DNA from: Takakia lepidozioides
Lineage: Eukaryota > Plantae > Bryophyta
Direction of reading: 5' to 3'
DNA length: 64,000 bases
NCBI GenBank assembly: GCA_030704615.1
Contig: CM060733.1
Location: 15,624,001-15,688,000, forward strand
Made by a program: the position numbers and the translations under genes. The notes beneath the pieces are model-generated. The model was not told where the DNA came from. It did not search any database and was given only the letters and a program-made list of their open reading frames with translations. Of this stretch, positions 27,679 to 39,356 are shown in pieces. Numbering within the stretch: the first letter of the stretch is position 1; every line of letters begins with the position of its first letter.

Positions 27679-28730
27679 GTATACCATTTCACACCCATTT
27701 TCCCATTTCATGAATTCAAAGTATGGAATGTACAACTTGCCCTTTAGGCCGAAATCCTTGTAACGGGAATAAAATGAAGTAATAAGGGAACCTTGACACA
27801 GGTGAAGACATAAGACCCTACATACCTTGATTAATACGTCATAAGGCATATGCAACACAGTCTTACCATAGCCTTGACACTATGCAAAGACCTTCTTAAC
27901 CCTGACAGGTTTTAATCAAAAATTCTTCGTCTTTCATTTCCGGACAGTGCTTCCGCTCACTCTTGTATACATGCGGGTTTGAAGCATCGATGGTAGCTGC
28001 TACGGTCGAGTATCTGGCCACAATAATATTAGGCACACCTGAACGTTTTTTCTAACTTGTAGTGGACATAGGCAACGATCTTGTGAGTTGTGAGCCAACT
28101 ACAATCTGAATAACATCCGAATCCACTACAATAAGGGATTGTGTTTTACTGAAATGTCATCTGTTTAGGCATGCAGTTTTTCCCCCTGTGTGACCAACTC
28201 ACAATGTACACTGCCTTTTGTGATTATTTTAAGCTTGTATAGTTGGTTTTTGACATAAATAACCCATTCAGTTGATCTGATCACATGACTGTGTAGCATG
28301 AAGGCATCTATGTTGCCCAAATTAACCGTTGGGTAGTATTAAACCTACCTATATATGTGCATGGAACTCTAATGCCAAATACATATATTTCATTATCTTT
28401 TAAAGGGGGTAAGATGACACTTAATTAAAGTGTGTTGAAGGTGCAGCAAACAGATGTCAGGCCAGTAAGTTGAGCACCAGTGAAATGTTGTCTTACACCA
28501 TAACCCTGATGTATTATGGAATAAAAAAAAAAATTCCAGTGATACATTTCCAAATTCAGAGTGTGTAACTGTAACATCCATATATTCCATGTAGGAAATT
28601 TACGTCTTTCAGCCCATCTGTTGGACTGATTTTGATTTTACAGAAAGACACCAACTAATCATCAATCCACCACTCTGCTGCCAGGAAGAAGCAACCCCTA
28701 AACAACAATATGTGGAGCTGAAGTTGGAAA

Positions 28731-30494
28731 TGCATATAACCTAATCTTATCTTAGTGTTGTTTCTCCATTTTCACTCCATTCCCTTTTATCATGTGATCT
28801 GCTGCACTGAGTATTTGTTACACATGGGAATGCATCATCACTATTTGTTTGCTGTTTAGCAAATTTGATGGCTTTCCTGGATGTTGTATACTGCCATACG
28901 ATCAAAAGATCCTTGGATTAAAAAAAAAATGAACTTACCATGCCACACGAGACTATCCCACAAGCCTATTATATATGCCGTCCTATAGTGCTATATATTT
29001 GGATTTGTCTTTTTAAGTTATATATCATAAAATTATAACTCTTCCTCTATAATAACTTATTCATTCAATTTACTCTTCATTATTTATTCTACCAAAGTAG
29101 TGTTATTTAGTAATACTCACTTGACAATATTGTATGGTTCAAGTACATACAAATCACAATGGCAGACAACCTCTCAACCTACCCCATCAATGAAATTGAG
29201 GCCGATGTTAATGTCGCATGAGGAGGCGACCTCAGACACATTGTCAACTTAGGTCAAGACAATGGAAGATGAATTTTACGCGGTGTACGAGCGCAATCCC
29301 CACCATATTCTCCAACTAAAAACAACCTGGAAACGGACTCCAAACCCATGAGCTTGTTACATCAGTTTATGGAACACCACTCATAACAGTGAAGAGGTTG
29401 CATTATTCATCGGTAACTGTCTTCATCCAAATTTGAGGGAAGCGGGTAATTACGGCCGATTTTCATATTTTCAGACATTTGAAACGTCCAAGATTACGGT
29501 TAATATTGAAGATATTAAATTTCTAGATGATTATCAACGAATGGTCAACATATTGACAGACAATCTGTCAGGATTTCGAGTGATGAATGGTAACTGAGTG
29601 CTGAATGGAGGAGAGAGATAGAACACTCGAAATCCTGACAGATTGTCTGCCAATATGTTGACCATTCGTTGACGTTATCTAGATAATCATCTAGAAATTT
29701 AATGTCTTTAATATTAACTGTAATCTAGATGTTTCAAATGTCCGAGAATACAAAAATCGGCTGTAATTACCTACTTCCCCCAAAGTTGGATAGAGGCAGT
29801 TACTGTTGAATAATGCAACATCTTCGGTGTTATGAATGGTGTTCCATAAGCTGATGTAACAAGCTCCCGGGTTTGGAGTCTGTTTCCAAGTTGTTTTTAG
29901 TTATAGAATTATGGTGGGGATTGTGCTCGTACGTCGCGTAAAATTCATCTTCCGTTGTCTTGACCTGAGTTGACAATGTATCTGAGGTCGTCTCCTCATG
30001 ATCGACACCCTCGTCGACATTCATATCGGCCTCAATTTCATTGATGGGGTAGGTTGAGAGGTTGTCTGCCATTGTGATTTGTATGTACTTGAACCATACA
30101 ATATTGTCAAGTGAGTATTACTAAATAACACTACTTTGGTAGAATAAATAATGAAGAGTAAATTGAATGAATAAGTTATTATAGAGGAAGAGTTATAATT
30201 TTATGATATATAACTTAAAAAGACAAATCCAAATATGTGGCGCTATAGGACGACATATATAATAGGCTTGTGGGATGGTCTTGTGTGGCATGGCAGTTCA
30301 TTTTTTTTTTAATCCAATGATGTATGGCGGTATACGACATCCAGGAAAGCATGACATCAAATTTGATAAACATTAGGCAAATAGTGATGATGCATTCCCA
30401 TGTGTAACAAATACTCAGTGCAGCAGATCACATGATAAAAGGGAATGGAGTGAAAATGGAGAAACAACACTAAGATATGATTAGGTTATATGCA
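28731..30494. repeat. Large inverted repeat: arms 28731-29582 and 29624-30494 with a 41-bp spacer
   Basis: Arms are reverse complements from tgcatataacctaatc / gattaggttatatgca at the outer ends to ggatttcgagtg / cactcgaaatcc at the centre. Confidence 0.97.
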
Positions 30495-30859
30495 ACAAAA
30501 AATAGTTGACTTACCAATCTACTTTCTGGCCTTTTAATGTTGATAGTCGGATGCACTCAACTTGACTTAATGGCCTGTAGATAATAAGAAAGATGAAAAT
30601 GCCATATTAGTTTGTGGAAATGATCAGAAAAATTTAAAAAAATAACTCTAAGTAATTTAATGTATCCTCTACCTGTTGCAGACTAGCAAAGAAATTTCGA
30701 CACAGATGAATAAAGGCTCCCAACTGTTCACATATATAGCTGCACATGATAATTATGTTGCATTAGTTTTTCTTTCAGATATTCAATGGTTTATCTAGAT
30801 ACTTAAAATCTTACATAGTTACTTTTGGTAAGGCTGATCAAATAAAGATAAGATAAAGT

Positions 30860-30977
30860 TTCTTTAACACACATGCCATCGAGGGGGTCTGAAGGCACAT
30901 GTTGAAGGATTGAACCCAGGATCACCGAGGTTATGCATAGGCAAGGCACAAACACTGAACCACTGGGCTACCTGCTC
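30860..30977 (-). mobile_element. tRNA-derived SINE-like element
   Basis: Minus strand has A box TAGCCCAGTGG and B box GGTTCAATCC about 43 nt apart, no complete cloverleaf, and a short A-rich tail. Confidence 0.6.
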
Positions 30978-31983
30978 AAGTGCTAATAGAACTAAAAAAG
31001 TAGAAGGCTTACAATTGTATTGTTGGGATTGTTGTCAATAGGAAATGCCTGAGTAGGAGCAGGCTGATATTGTGCACAAAACACACTCAAAATGATATTC
31101 CATTTTTTAACAAGGTAGTTGGAAAGAAGAAAATACAATTGAATGTTGACAACAGAAAATGCTTTTAAAAGGAAATCTGTAGGGTAGATGTTGTTGTAAT
31201 AGATATGTTCCAAAGATCTAGACTAGCATCAAAATCAAAGTATGCCTTGTTGTTTCTACTATCTAAACCCCTTCATTTTACATATTTATTGTCTTCAGTT
31301 TAGAAACGATGTATTTCTTCTCATGAAAGAGGAAAGGAAGAATGCAGGCATGCTCAAATGTAGAGAGTTATCCTCATGGTTATGTTTTAATACAACTGGG
31401 TTTTGAAAATTGTACCTGTCCAGTTATCTCATAGGGCTTTAGAAAGTGCACCGTTGTGGACAACCCAACTCTAAAAATCCTGAAAAAACCATGAGGCTTG
31501 AATTAATGTGTACGAAAGAGAGAAGTAATAGAACTCTCGTCTAAGTGCTTAATTTCATATAAACAATCACATGTGGCTACTTTACATGGTCGATATAGAA
31601 TCTCCCCATATGTCACTGACCCACATGGAATCAATACAGTTGATATATTAGTAGCATATTCGGTACATAAACTGAGCGTCCAATAGTCAACAAATTACAC
31701 ATTGCCATGGATAACATATATCGGAAACGTACCTTTGTATATGACGTAGAGTAGGTAGGGCAAAATAGGGAGTTGTTCTGGGGCTCAGCTTACTGGCCTA
31801 ATACAACAAACAATTTGATACCTCTGGATTTGAGCGAACATTGTAAAGAGAAGTATCATTGAAGACGCTATTATCTTATAATGAGAAGCGCCATTGCGAG
31901 GGCCATAACTATATGGAAAAGGCAAGGAAAATAACCTAGCATGACATACCATGGAGGCTAAGAAAGGAAACACTTAAGAGGAA

Positions 31984-33330
31984 CTAGAAACTACCCCTTT
32001 TACGCTTGGAAAGCTCGAAAGACAATTGAGCTTTAGATTTCCCTTTCCTAAAACTACACTTGTGCCTCCAGTTGAAATCAAATTCCTCGCCATCAGCCGG
32101 TGATTGCCACACACTAATGGAGCTCCCAGCATGCATGGAAGCTGTCATGCCAGATAATCGTTGATTCAGAAGTTCTGGTACACATGAAGTCACATTTTCC
32201 CCAGGAGTTGCCAAAATCAACAAATACCTACATTCGTCTTCTTTCTGCACTTATGGGAAAAGACGCCTCACTTAACATTCACCAAGCCTTTGTTGGAATA
32301 AGCAGCTCCATATTCAATGAATCTACAACTTCACTAAACAAAGATAGACACATTAAAAGTAACTCTAAGTTTGGAGATGCTTTTAAAGGAAAAAGTAAGT
32401 CCATTGTGGGACTACTTTGTATATAGAAAAAGTAGGTGTAAAAAGGCAAGTCTTTTATAGATTGCTTTTTAGTTCACCCAAGAGTAGTTGTTTTATGACA
32501 CTCTAGCTTGTGGTGGTTCTAAGGTTGGGTGGTAAGCTTCTATTCACAAAGCAATTTTACAGGTCCCAGGCTTATTTTTCTACAGCCTTTCGAGCTTGAG
32601 ACATGATGTCGGAGTGAACCCTATACATAACCGCTCTAAGACATAGCGCCGTACCCCATAAACCCAAGAGCATCTACTTTTCCAAACATTCCATAGGGTA
32701 TGAGCACATAAGGTGGCCCACACAGGACAAGCACTCCAAACAGTGCCCCTATATAAATTCAGAAACAAAGTTGAAGGGTGATAGGAGAAGTCTTGTATCC
32801 AGAGAACATAGAATTTGTCCACAGACCTCGATACAGGTGAGGCAAATACTGTCTAACAGGCAAATTTGTTTGATTGTCTCACTGGATTGCAAATGAAAAT
32901 AAGAGCAAGGAGGAGAGTTATCGGAAATGAAATTGGACACTGGGAGAATACGATTCATAAGCTTCCACAGGAAACCCCTTATTTTTGTCGATCTGTTTTT
33001 TCTCCAAACATCATTCCATATTACTTTCCAATCGTAAGAAAGATCAGCAATATGGCTCCATTTAGCTTTCCATTTGATGGTCAAGACCAACGGAGGCTAG
33101 AGTAAATGGTAACCAAGCTTCACAATGTAGTGACAAAAAATGGGTGATGTAGACATCCACTGCCCACACTGCTGCGTCAAATTGTATTATTGAATGGGAG
33201 GAGAGAGAACCAATGAAAAGGACCAGTCTGTGTATTGCAAATATCTAGCGGAGGAGCTGGATCTATTTTACTAGATTCCAAACAAAAAACCTTTATAGCA
33301 TATAGGGAGTTTTCATTAAAGAAGTCTCTT
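31984..33330 (-). mobile_element. Degenerate L1-type LINE fragments (at least two pieces) related to the 14472-15880 element
   Basis: NWRHKCSFRKGKSKAQLSFELSKRKRGS matches the end of the 14951-15877 ORF; KIRGFLWKLMNRILPV and LWNVWKSRC zf-RVT-region remnants. Confidence 0.8.
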
Positions 33331-34650
33331 ATAGGAAAGAACAAACTTCCCACACTATCCACAGCAAATCGCTAGACATGAATTGCACTATGAGAAGCAA
33401 AGGCAGCATAGAAGGCAAAGACAGAGGATGTGAAGGATCCTCCCAGCCAACTACGAGTTGACTACGAGTCGCTCTTATGGGTGGGTGGTCGCTCCTAGGT
33501 GTTTCCCTTTGAGAAAAAAAAAAAAAAAACTCGGACAAGAATATGTACAAATGTTCAAAACTCGAGATTACAAAATCAGGGTTTGTTTATGCAACATCAC
33601 ATTATGGCAGCGCTCTCTGCTCACACCTATTTAGGGACGTAATTTGTTCATTCACACTCTATTATGACAAAAAAAACACCTGGAGGCAGAAATCATACTT
33701 GAGCTGCAACATTAGTGAACAAAGCATGGTGGTCAAAATGTTTCAGTTCACATCCTGACATCTCAATTCACATGTGACTGTGGAATACCTTCAACACCTG
33801 AAAGACGAGCATCCCCTCCCGCGCTCATAAACAATTGCTCGTAGAAGAATTGCGACTCTGCCCTTTGAACCTTCTGTGTAACCAGAGACACAGTCCTACC
33901 TTACTTTTGAGTTAGATTATTCCTAAAGCGCCCACCTCAAAATGTAGACTAACTTGCAATCAAACATAAGGCAGGGTAGAATACCTGACTGCTTAGGAGC
34001 TTGAGGGTTCATGTCATCAAGCAACTTGCTCCCTATCAAATACCCTGAATGCACTAAAGTCTCTCAACACCTGAAATCCAAGCTACATTCTTCCAGTATC
34101 TTTTGTGTTGGTTTTCCTCTTAATGAGGTACTGGGTTGTCTGGAATGTTCAAAACTGCAGTCATCCGATCTCTCATCTGTATGAGAACTCGCTCTCTTCA
34201 ATCCCTTAAGAGCTCTAGATTCGATATGTACAGGACCAATGCAGAGCGCCCCAACTTTTCCTCTAGCTGCTCACAAGTCTGAACAGGACTCTTTCCGCGA
34301 TGACGTACAGGTACCTGTACTTGAACAGGACTCTTTGGGACTAAGGGGACCAGTACTAGAGAAGTACCACTAGTGCTTCATATATCCATGCTGATTACAA
34401 TAACAGTAGATGGTTTTGCTAATCATGTAGCTAGTCAATTGTAATGCAAGGCATTATCTCTGCGTTGCAGCTAGAGGTGTTTATCATCATATCTTGAGGA
34501 TGGCACAACAAACCGGCGTCCCATTCTTGTTTTGTAGCTCTACTATTTAAAGACTGGATCCAGCAAGTAATCTAGAGGAACTATGACATCAGACATACTG
34601 AAGCCAATGTTGACGCAGAACACTCTATAATCTGTGTCTATCTCTCTAAC

Positions 34651-35068
34651 AGAAGCAGAGAGGAAAGGGAGAGTGCAATTGCCCGTTGTGTGGGCAATCT
34701 GAAGACAGTATTCATTTTCTGATACACTGTCCGGGGTTCTCTCACCAAAGAGACGCTCTCTTCAAATCTATTAAGGGAATTGTGCCTGTACCCCTGTTTA
34801 CCAACTTTGAAAGTCTCGAGGCTGAGCCAAAAGCCCAGGCCCTCCTGAGGCCTAGTTTTTGGGCAAATCACACACAGCAGATTGATGCTTGTGTGAAGGG
34901 ATTTCTAGAGGATATCTGGAAAACCCGGATTAATTCTTTATATGGAGGTAAGTCTTACTACCAACGTCAGCCCCTGACAGAGGTAGGTTCTGTCCCTTTT
35001 GTTCCCGCTCAAACTGGGCGCGGGGTCAATGGCCACAAGGCTACGGCAAACAACGTCTTATGAGTACA
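34651..35068 (+). mobile_element. 5'-truncated RTE-X-like LINE (family A), C-terminal zinc-finger region and 3' end
   Basis: CPLCGQSEDSIHFLIHCPGF; ends ...caacgtcttatgagtac; TSD tctctaac at 34643-34650 and 35070-35077. Confidence 0.9.
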
Positions 35069-35572
35069 ATCTCTAACTCTCTCAAACATTCATTCTGCCC
35101 AGACAGGGCGTGGTCTATTCTCACACATTCTCAAGTTGGTGTTTGTCCTGTGTGTCTCCATTTGCCTTTTCTGCTCCCAAATTAGTCTGCTCCTCTACTT
35201 CACAACTTTGGATAGTTCTGCAAGTCACCTCCTCTCTGCCTTTGATCCTGCATGCATATCACAACAGTCATGAGACGAGACAAGGTAGTTTCCTTGTAAG
35301 AACAAAACTTGAATGTCCTTTCTCTCCACTCCGACGCACTTAAATACTTGTATGACCAGTCCACAAATAATTTTGTTCCTAAAATTGTTAATCCATGAAA
35401 ATGTCAAGTGAATTGATCAGTGGGATCCAATATGATCTCATTTAAACGGGATCCAGTCATCCTCTACCCTGGTAACTCCTAACCATTACTTGCAAAAACA
35501 TAGGATATACTGTACAGCCAGAAAATTTGAACCCAAGAGCATGCAGAAAATAATGCAGCAAGAATAAATTAC

Positions 35573-37234
35573 CCGTTCAGGTGCACTGTGGGATGGAAGC
35601 ATGGAGTCCTTGCTGGATTCCAGGTTCCGACGTCGCCAACGAGGGGCGCTGCTATAGTACTTGATATGATCATTCTCCTTCATTGCCCCCATCAGCTCAC
35701 TCCTCTGCCTGGCACTTGCTGCCAACCTCTCCTTCCATATCCTTCCATCCTGCACTCCCAGGGATAACATACCGTCATTAGTATTTTTGAAATGAGGTCA
35801 TATCAACCATCCCTCAATTGAATGCCAATTGACTCTGAAGGCCTACATTGTCCCACAGCTGGATTTTGGCTTCAGCAACGAGCCGCCAGGCTAGTTTCTA
35901 GCTCCTCCCATTTTTCTGCTTCATCCTAACCAGCCCAGGATAGGTGGCCACAACATAGAGCTCCCCAGGTCACTTATAGACTGTTGAAATCTAACCCTAT
36001 AGTGACACGAGAGGGAGAACTCTCCTCTTCTACTCTTGTACAATGAAGATTTAAAATAGAACTGCAAGGAAGGAGGGTGTACATACATTCATGATGCATG
36101 GTTCTGGTGGGAGGCACCGAACAGGCTGGTCAACATCCGGGGGTTCCAAGGGGTGCTCTACTGGATGGAACTCTTCTGTGTGTTCTACACCATTTGACGC
36201 TGCTGTTGCTGGAAACCCCTCCTTTACCTTAGTTCCGAGCCCCTTCCCCTCCTGCAAGCATATCCAATCAAGCTGCTGGGTTGGTTCTCCATCTGACTCG
36301 CTGCATGTTCTTTCCTGCTTCTCTCTGTCTCATCCACTGACTTATCTAGCAGGTCACGTTATAAATGTTGTTCAAAGGCAATCGACCTGAAGCCCACCAC
36401 CGTTCTACTCTGAGCTTCTTCACTAGGGGGACTTGAAGACTGATCAAAAGGGCCTCCCCACGTTGAACTGTAGGCTGGAATTCCAGCTAAGAGTAGGTTG
36501 CTGACCTCCGTCATTCTGCAACTAGCCTGCCGTGAAAAAGACTACCATATGTATCTGTGTTTGTCATAGGAAGAAGTACAGCAAACACTTTCTTATGCAC
36601 TGCAGTAGGTGTTCTTATGAGTAAAAGGCCCTCCATGAAAGCATCAAAAAATCTGTCACTACACGTTTTTCACTTTAGTTCAATCTTGAAGCTCAGGACG
36701 ATGTCACATTCTGACACCTCTTGGGCCTAAATGAGTACCCTCAAATTGATGCTATCGTCAAGAGGTTTATTGAGGAAATCTGCCAATGTAAACTTTACTG
36801 ACGAGGGCGAGTCCACTACTGGAGTCAGTCTTCCCTGATAGCAAGGGGAAAATCTCTCCTTCCATCCCCCATCCTCACTCCCTCGCTTTTCTGGGTCCAG
36901 CAAACCGGGCATGGGGTGTATGGTCTAGAAGGCTCCGAAAAACAAATATCCGAGCATTTCACACTGCAGAGTGCCTGTATTCACCACCACATTTCACCAC
37001 AGGCAGATGTATCACATCCATACACACACCCACATGTTTTCTGATAGCAAGCGATTTGGACAGACCAAGAAGACAAACAGACCAAGAACGGTGGTGGATG
37101 GTATGCCGAGTTTCTTGAAATCTTCCCCAATCTGCCCACCATCCCTTGCACTTTTTACAGACGGATAATTTCTCCCTCTCGTCGATCCCCACCCCCCTCC
37201 GCTCCTTCCTTTCTTCACATCTTCCAGAAATGTA
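35573..37234 (-). CDS. Land-plant protein of unknown function; partial model with exons ~37234-37030, 36924-36738, 36526-36387, 36300-36087, 35749-35573
   Basis: Motif FHPVEHPLEPPDVDQPVRCLPPEPCIMN|DGRIWKER...LPSHSAPE, recalled from a family of uncharacterised plant proteins; phase-compatible GT-AG junctions; first and last exons uncertain. Confidence 0.62.
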
Positions 37235-38751
37235 CTGTTAGCTCACCAAGCAGATGACTGTCCGATGTGTTACTTGCAGGGAAATCCATTTCGGAACAGC
37301 TACCAATTTGGTCTGCAGGGATGGTGTAGGAGGGGGCACCTTGGCTCCAGCGGAATCCAGTCATTACAATAAACAACAAAGGTCATAATGTTTACCACTA
37401 CTTCGAATCTGACAGATCATGACTGTAGGGCACTCCAGAGAATCCTGAAGTGTGCATAATAGTAGTAGAAAAAACAGGGGAGGGGAATCTCTGAGTGGTG
37501 CTTGGGGTGGGCCCGATGTGACCTGACCATAGCTATGGGTCCTACCCACCCAGTCTTCGTTGCCCCTCCTCAAGGTAACTCTACTACAACCGCAAACTCG
37601 ATGCACTAGAAGTGCCAGAGGCAAGTAGACACTGAAAGATGGCAACGACAAAGACTAGATCGACGCGATCTAAAGATTTCCATTCTCGGACACGAGGCTA
37701 CCCTCCAAGCCGCCACAAACTTGCGATGCTCGTACTTGAGACGAAGATTTGTGGGTTTAGGAGATCAAACACTGCACGCTCTCTGTGGAACCGAAAACTA
37801 TCCGCTCTGTGCCATAAACGGAGCCTGTGTGAACCCTAAACTATCCCCCCCGCTTCTCTCTCGGAGAGACGAGTGTGTGCAGCTACAATGCGGCAACTTC
37901 ATGGCCACCAGCCGACCGGCTCTCCCGCAGGTTTGAGAGCATTACATTTCTGAAGTTGCATGGACCAGAAAGTGGAAGGCTGTCCTTCATCGAGCTTTGT
38001 CGTTTACTTTTTGAGTTTCGATCCCTTCGATCATTCGGGCATGATTTGGTGTGTGAGTGTGAGGGTCATGTATTTGTGGATGGTGGCAATGCGTGTTGTT
38101 TTAGTCTGTAGAGTTGTTGATATTGAGCTCGCCAGTGGATGTAGAAAGCATTCAGAATCTGAATTCTTAGCTTGGCTTGGTGGTTTTGTGTACTTTGGGG
38201 GTGTTGTGAGGCATGGGATCGGAGATCATCCGTGTGTCACATTCAGGCCACTGTAACATGAAGACGTTAAATGCTGAAGATGCTAACTTCAATCTTCTCT
38301 CCAAATGGTTCTCTCTTCTCCATTTGTTGTAGTGAAGGATGTGTGGTTGCATTGCAGGTAATGATCCTCCTTTCATTCGGTAGGTAGAGTCCCCAACACA
38401 CTTACTATGTGTAACGTTGGCCATCCTCCATGACCCGCTTCAACGGTCGTCGGCACTCGCCTAGGTGTAATGGCTTCAAAGACAACTGCTTGGAGTGCCT
38501 GGTATGCAACCTATATCCCTCCTCTTGGCTTTGATGATCACAAGATTCAAATGAGCTTTTGGTTGGTCAAAGCAATGTGAAGAAAATAGCATTGCATTGT
38601 GACAGAATTCATATTCTTGTGTAGTTCTCATCTTGATCACGGTGCAGACGATTACTAACTATTCTTTTGAATTATGCGTAGGGTGACATGTCACTTCTGG
38701 AATCAGATGCAATTGGCTGGTGGGCATCAGAGTGGTGGCATTGGTCTTGGC

Positions 38752-39356
38752 ATGGCTGCCATCACCACGCTTATCAATCGAGAGTCAAGAGAAAATGTAA
38801 AAGGGAAAGAAGGTAACAACGACCCTTGCGGGATTGGTGGTGGTGTGAGCACCCTATGTGAACTGGGAGAGGCAGCGAAGATGTTAGATCTTGTGGATGA
38901 ATGGGCAGGCAGATATATTGTGATTCCTACTCTTGTCTTTCGCAAAGGTTTCGCGAAGGTGACAAACTCTGCAGAGTTAAGAGCTGAAGTGAGCCAGACA
39001 TCAGCCAAAGGAGCAATCTTATCAGCACCTTTGTAAGTGTGGACGACACCAAGTATTGGCAAAACAGTCTAATGGAAAGTGGTCCCATGAAATGCTATGA
39101 TTGCAGGATATGTGCAGCAAGGGCTTGGGGTAGAGGCGTTGGCAAATTTTACAAACAGCCCTGAGGCCACACAAGGTAACCTTCATCATCATCTTCAACA
39201 TGTTCATGTGCAGGATGACCTTGTCAGCACCTCTGTCAAGTGCGTCAGATTACGGCAGTGTATCACAAGATATCTATCTTCTAGTGGGCACTTATTGCAG
39301 GATATGCTCACCAAGGGCTTGCTGAAGAACCGTGCAAAGTACTTCTGGGAGGAAGT
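38752..39356 (+). pseudogene. Decayed N-terminal part of the adjacent PPR gene
   Basis: Frameshifted remnants VSTLCELGEAAKML, MIAGYVQQGLGVEAL and AGYAHQGLAEE directly upstream of the intact ORF. Confidence 0.75.
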
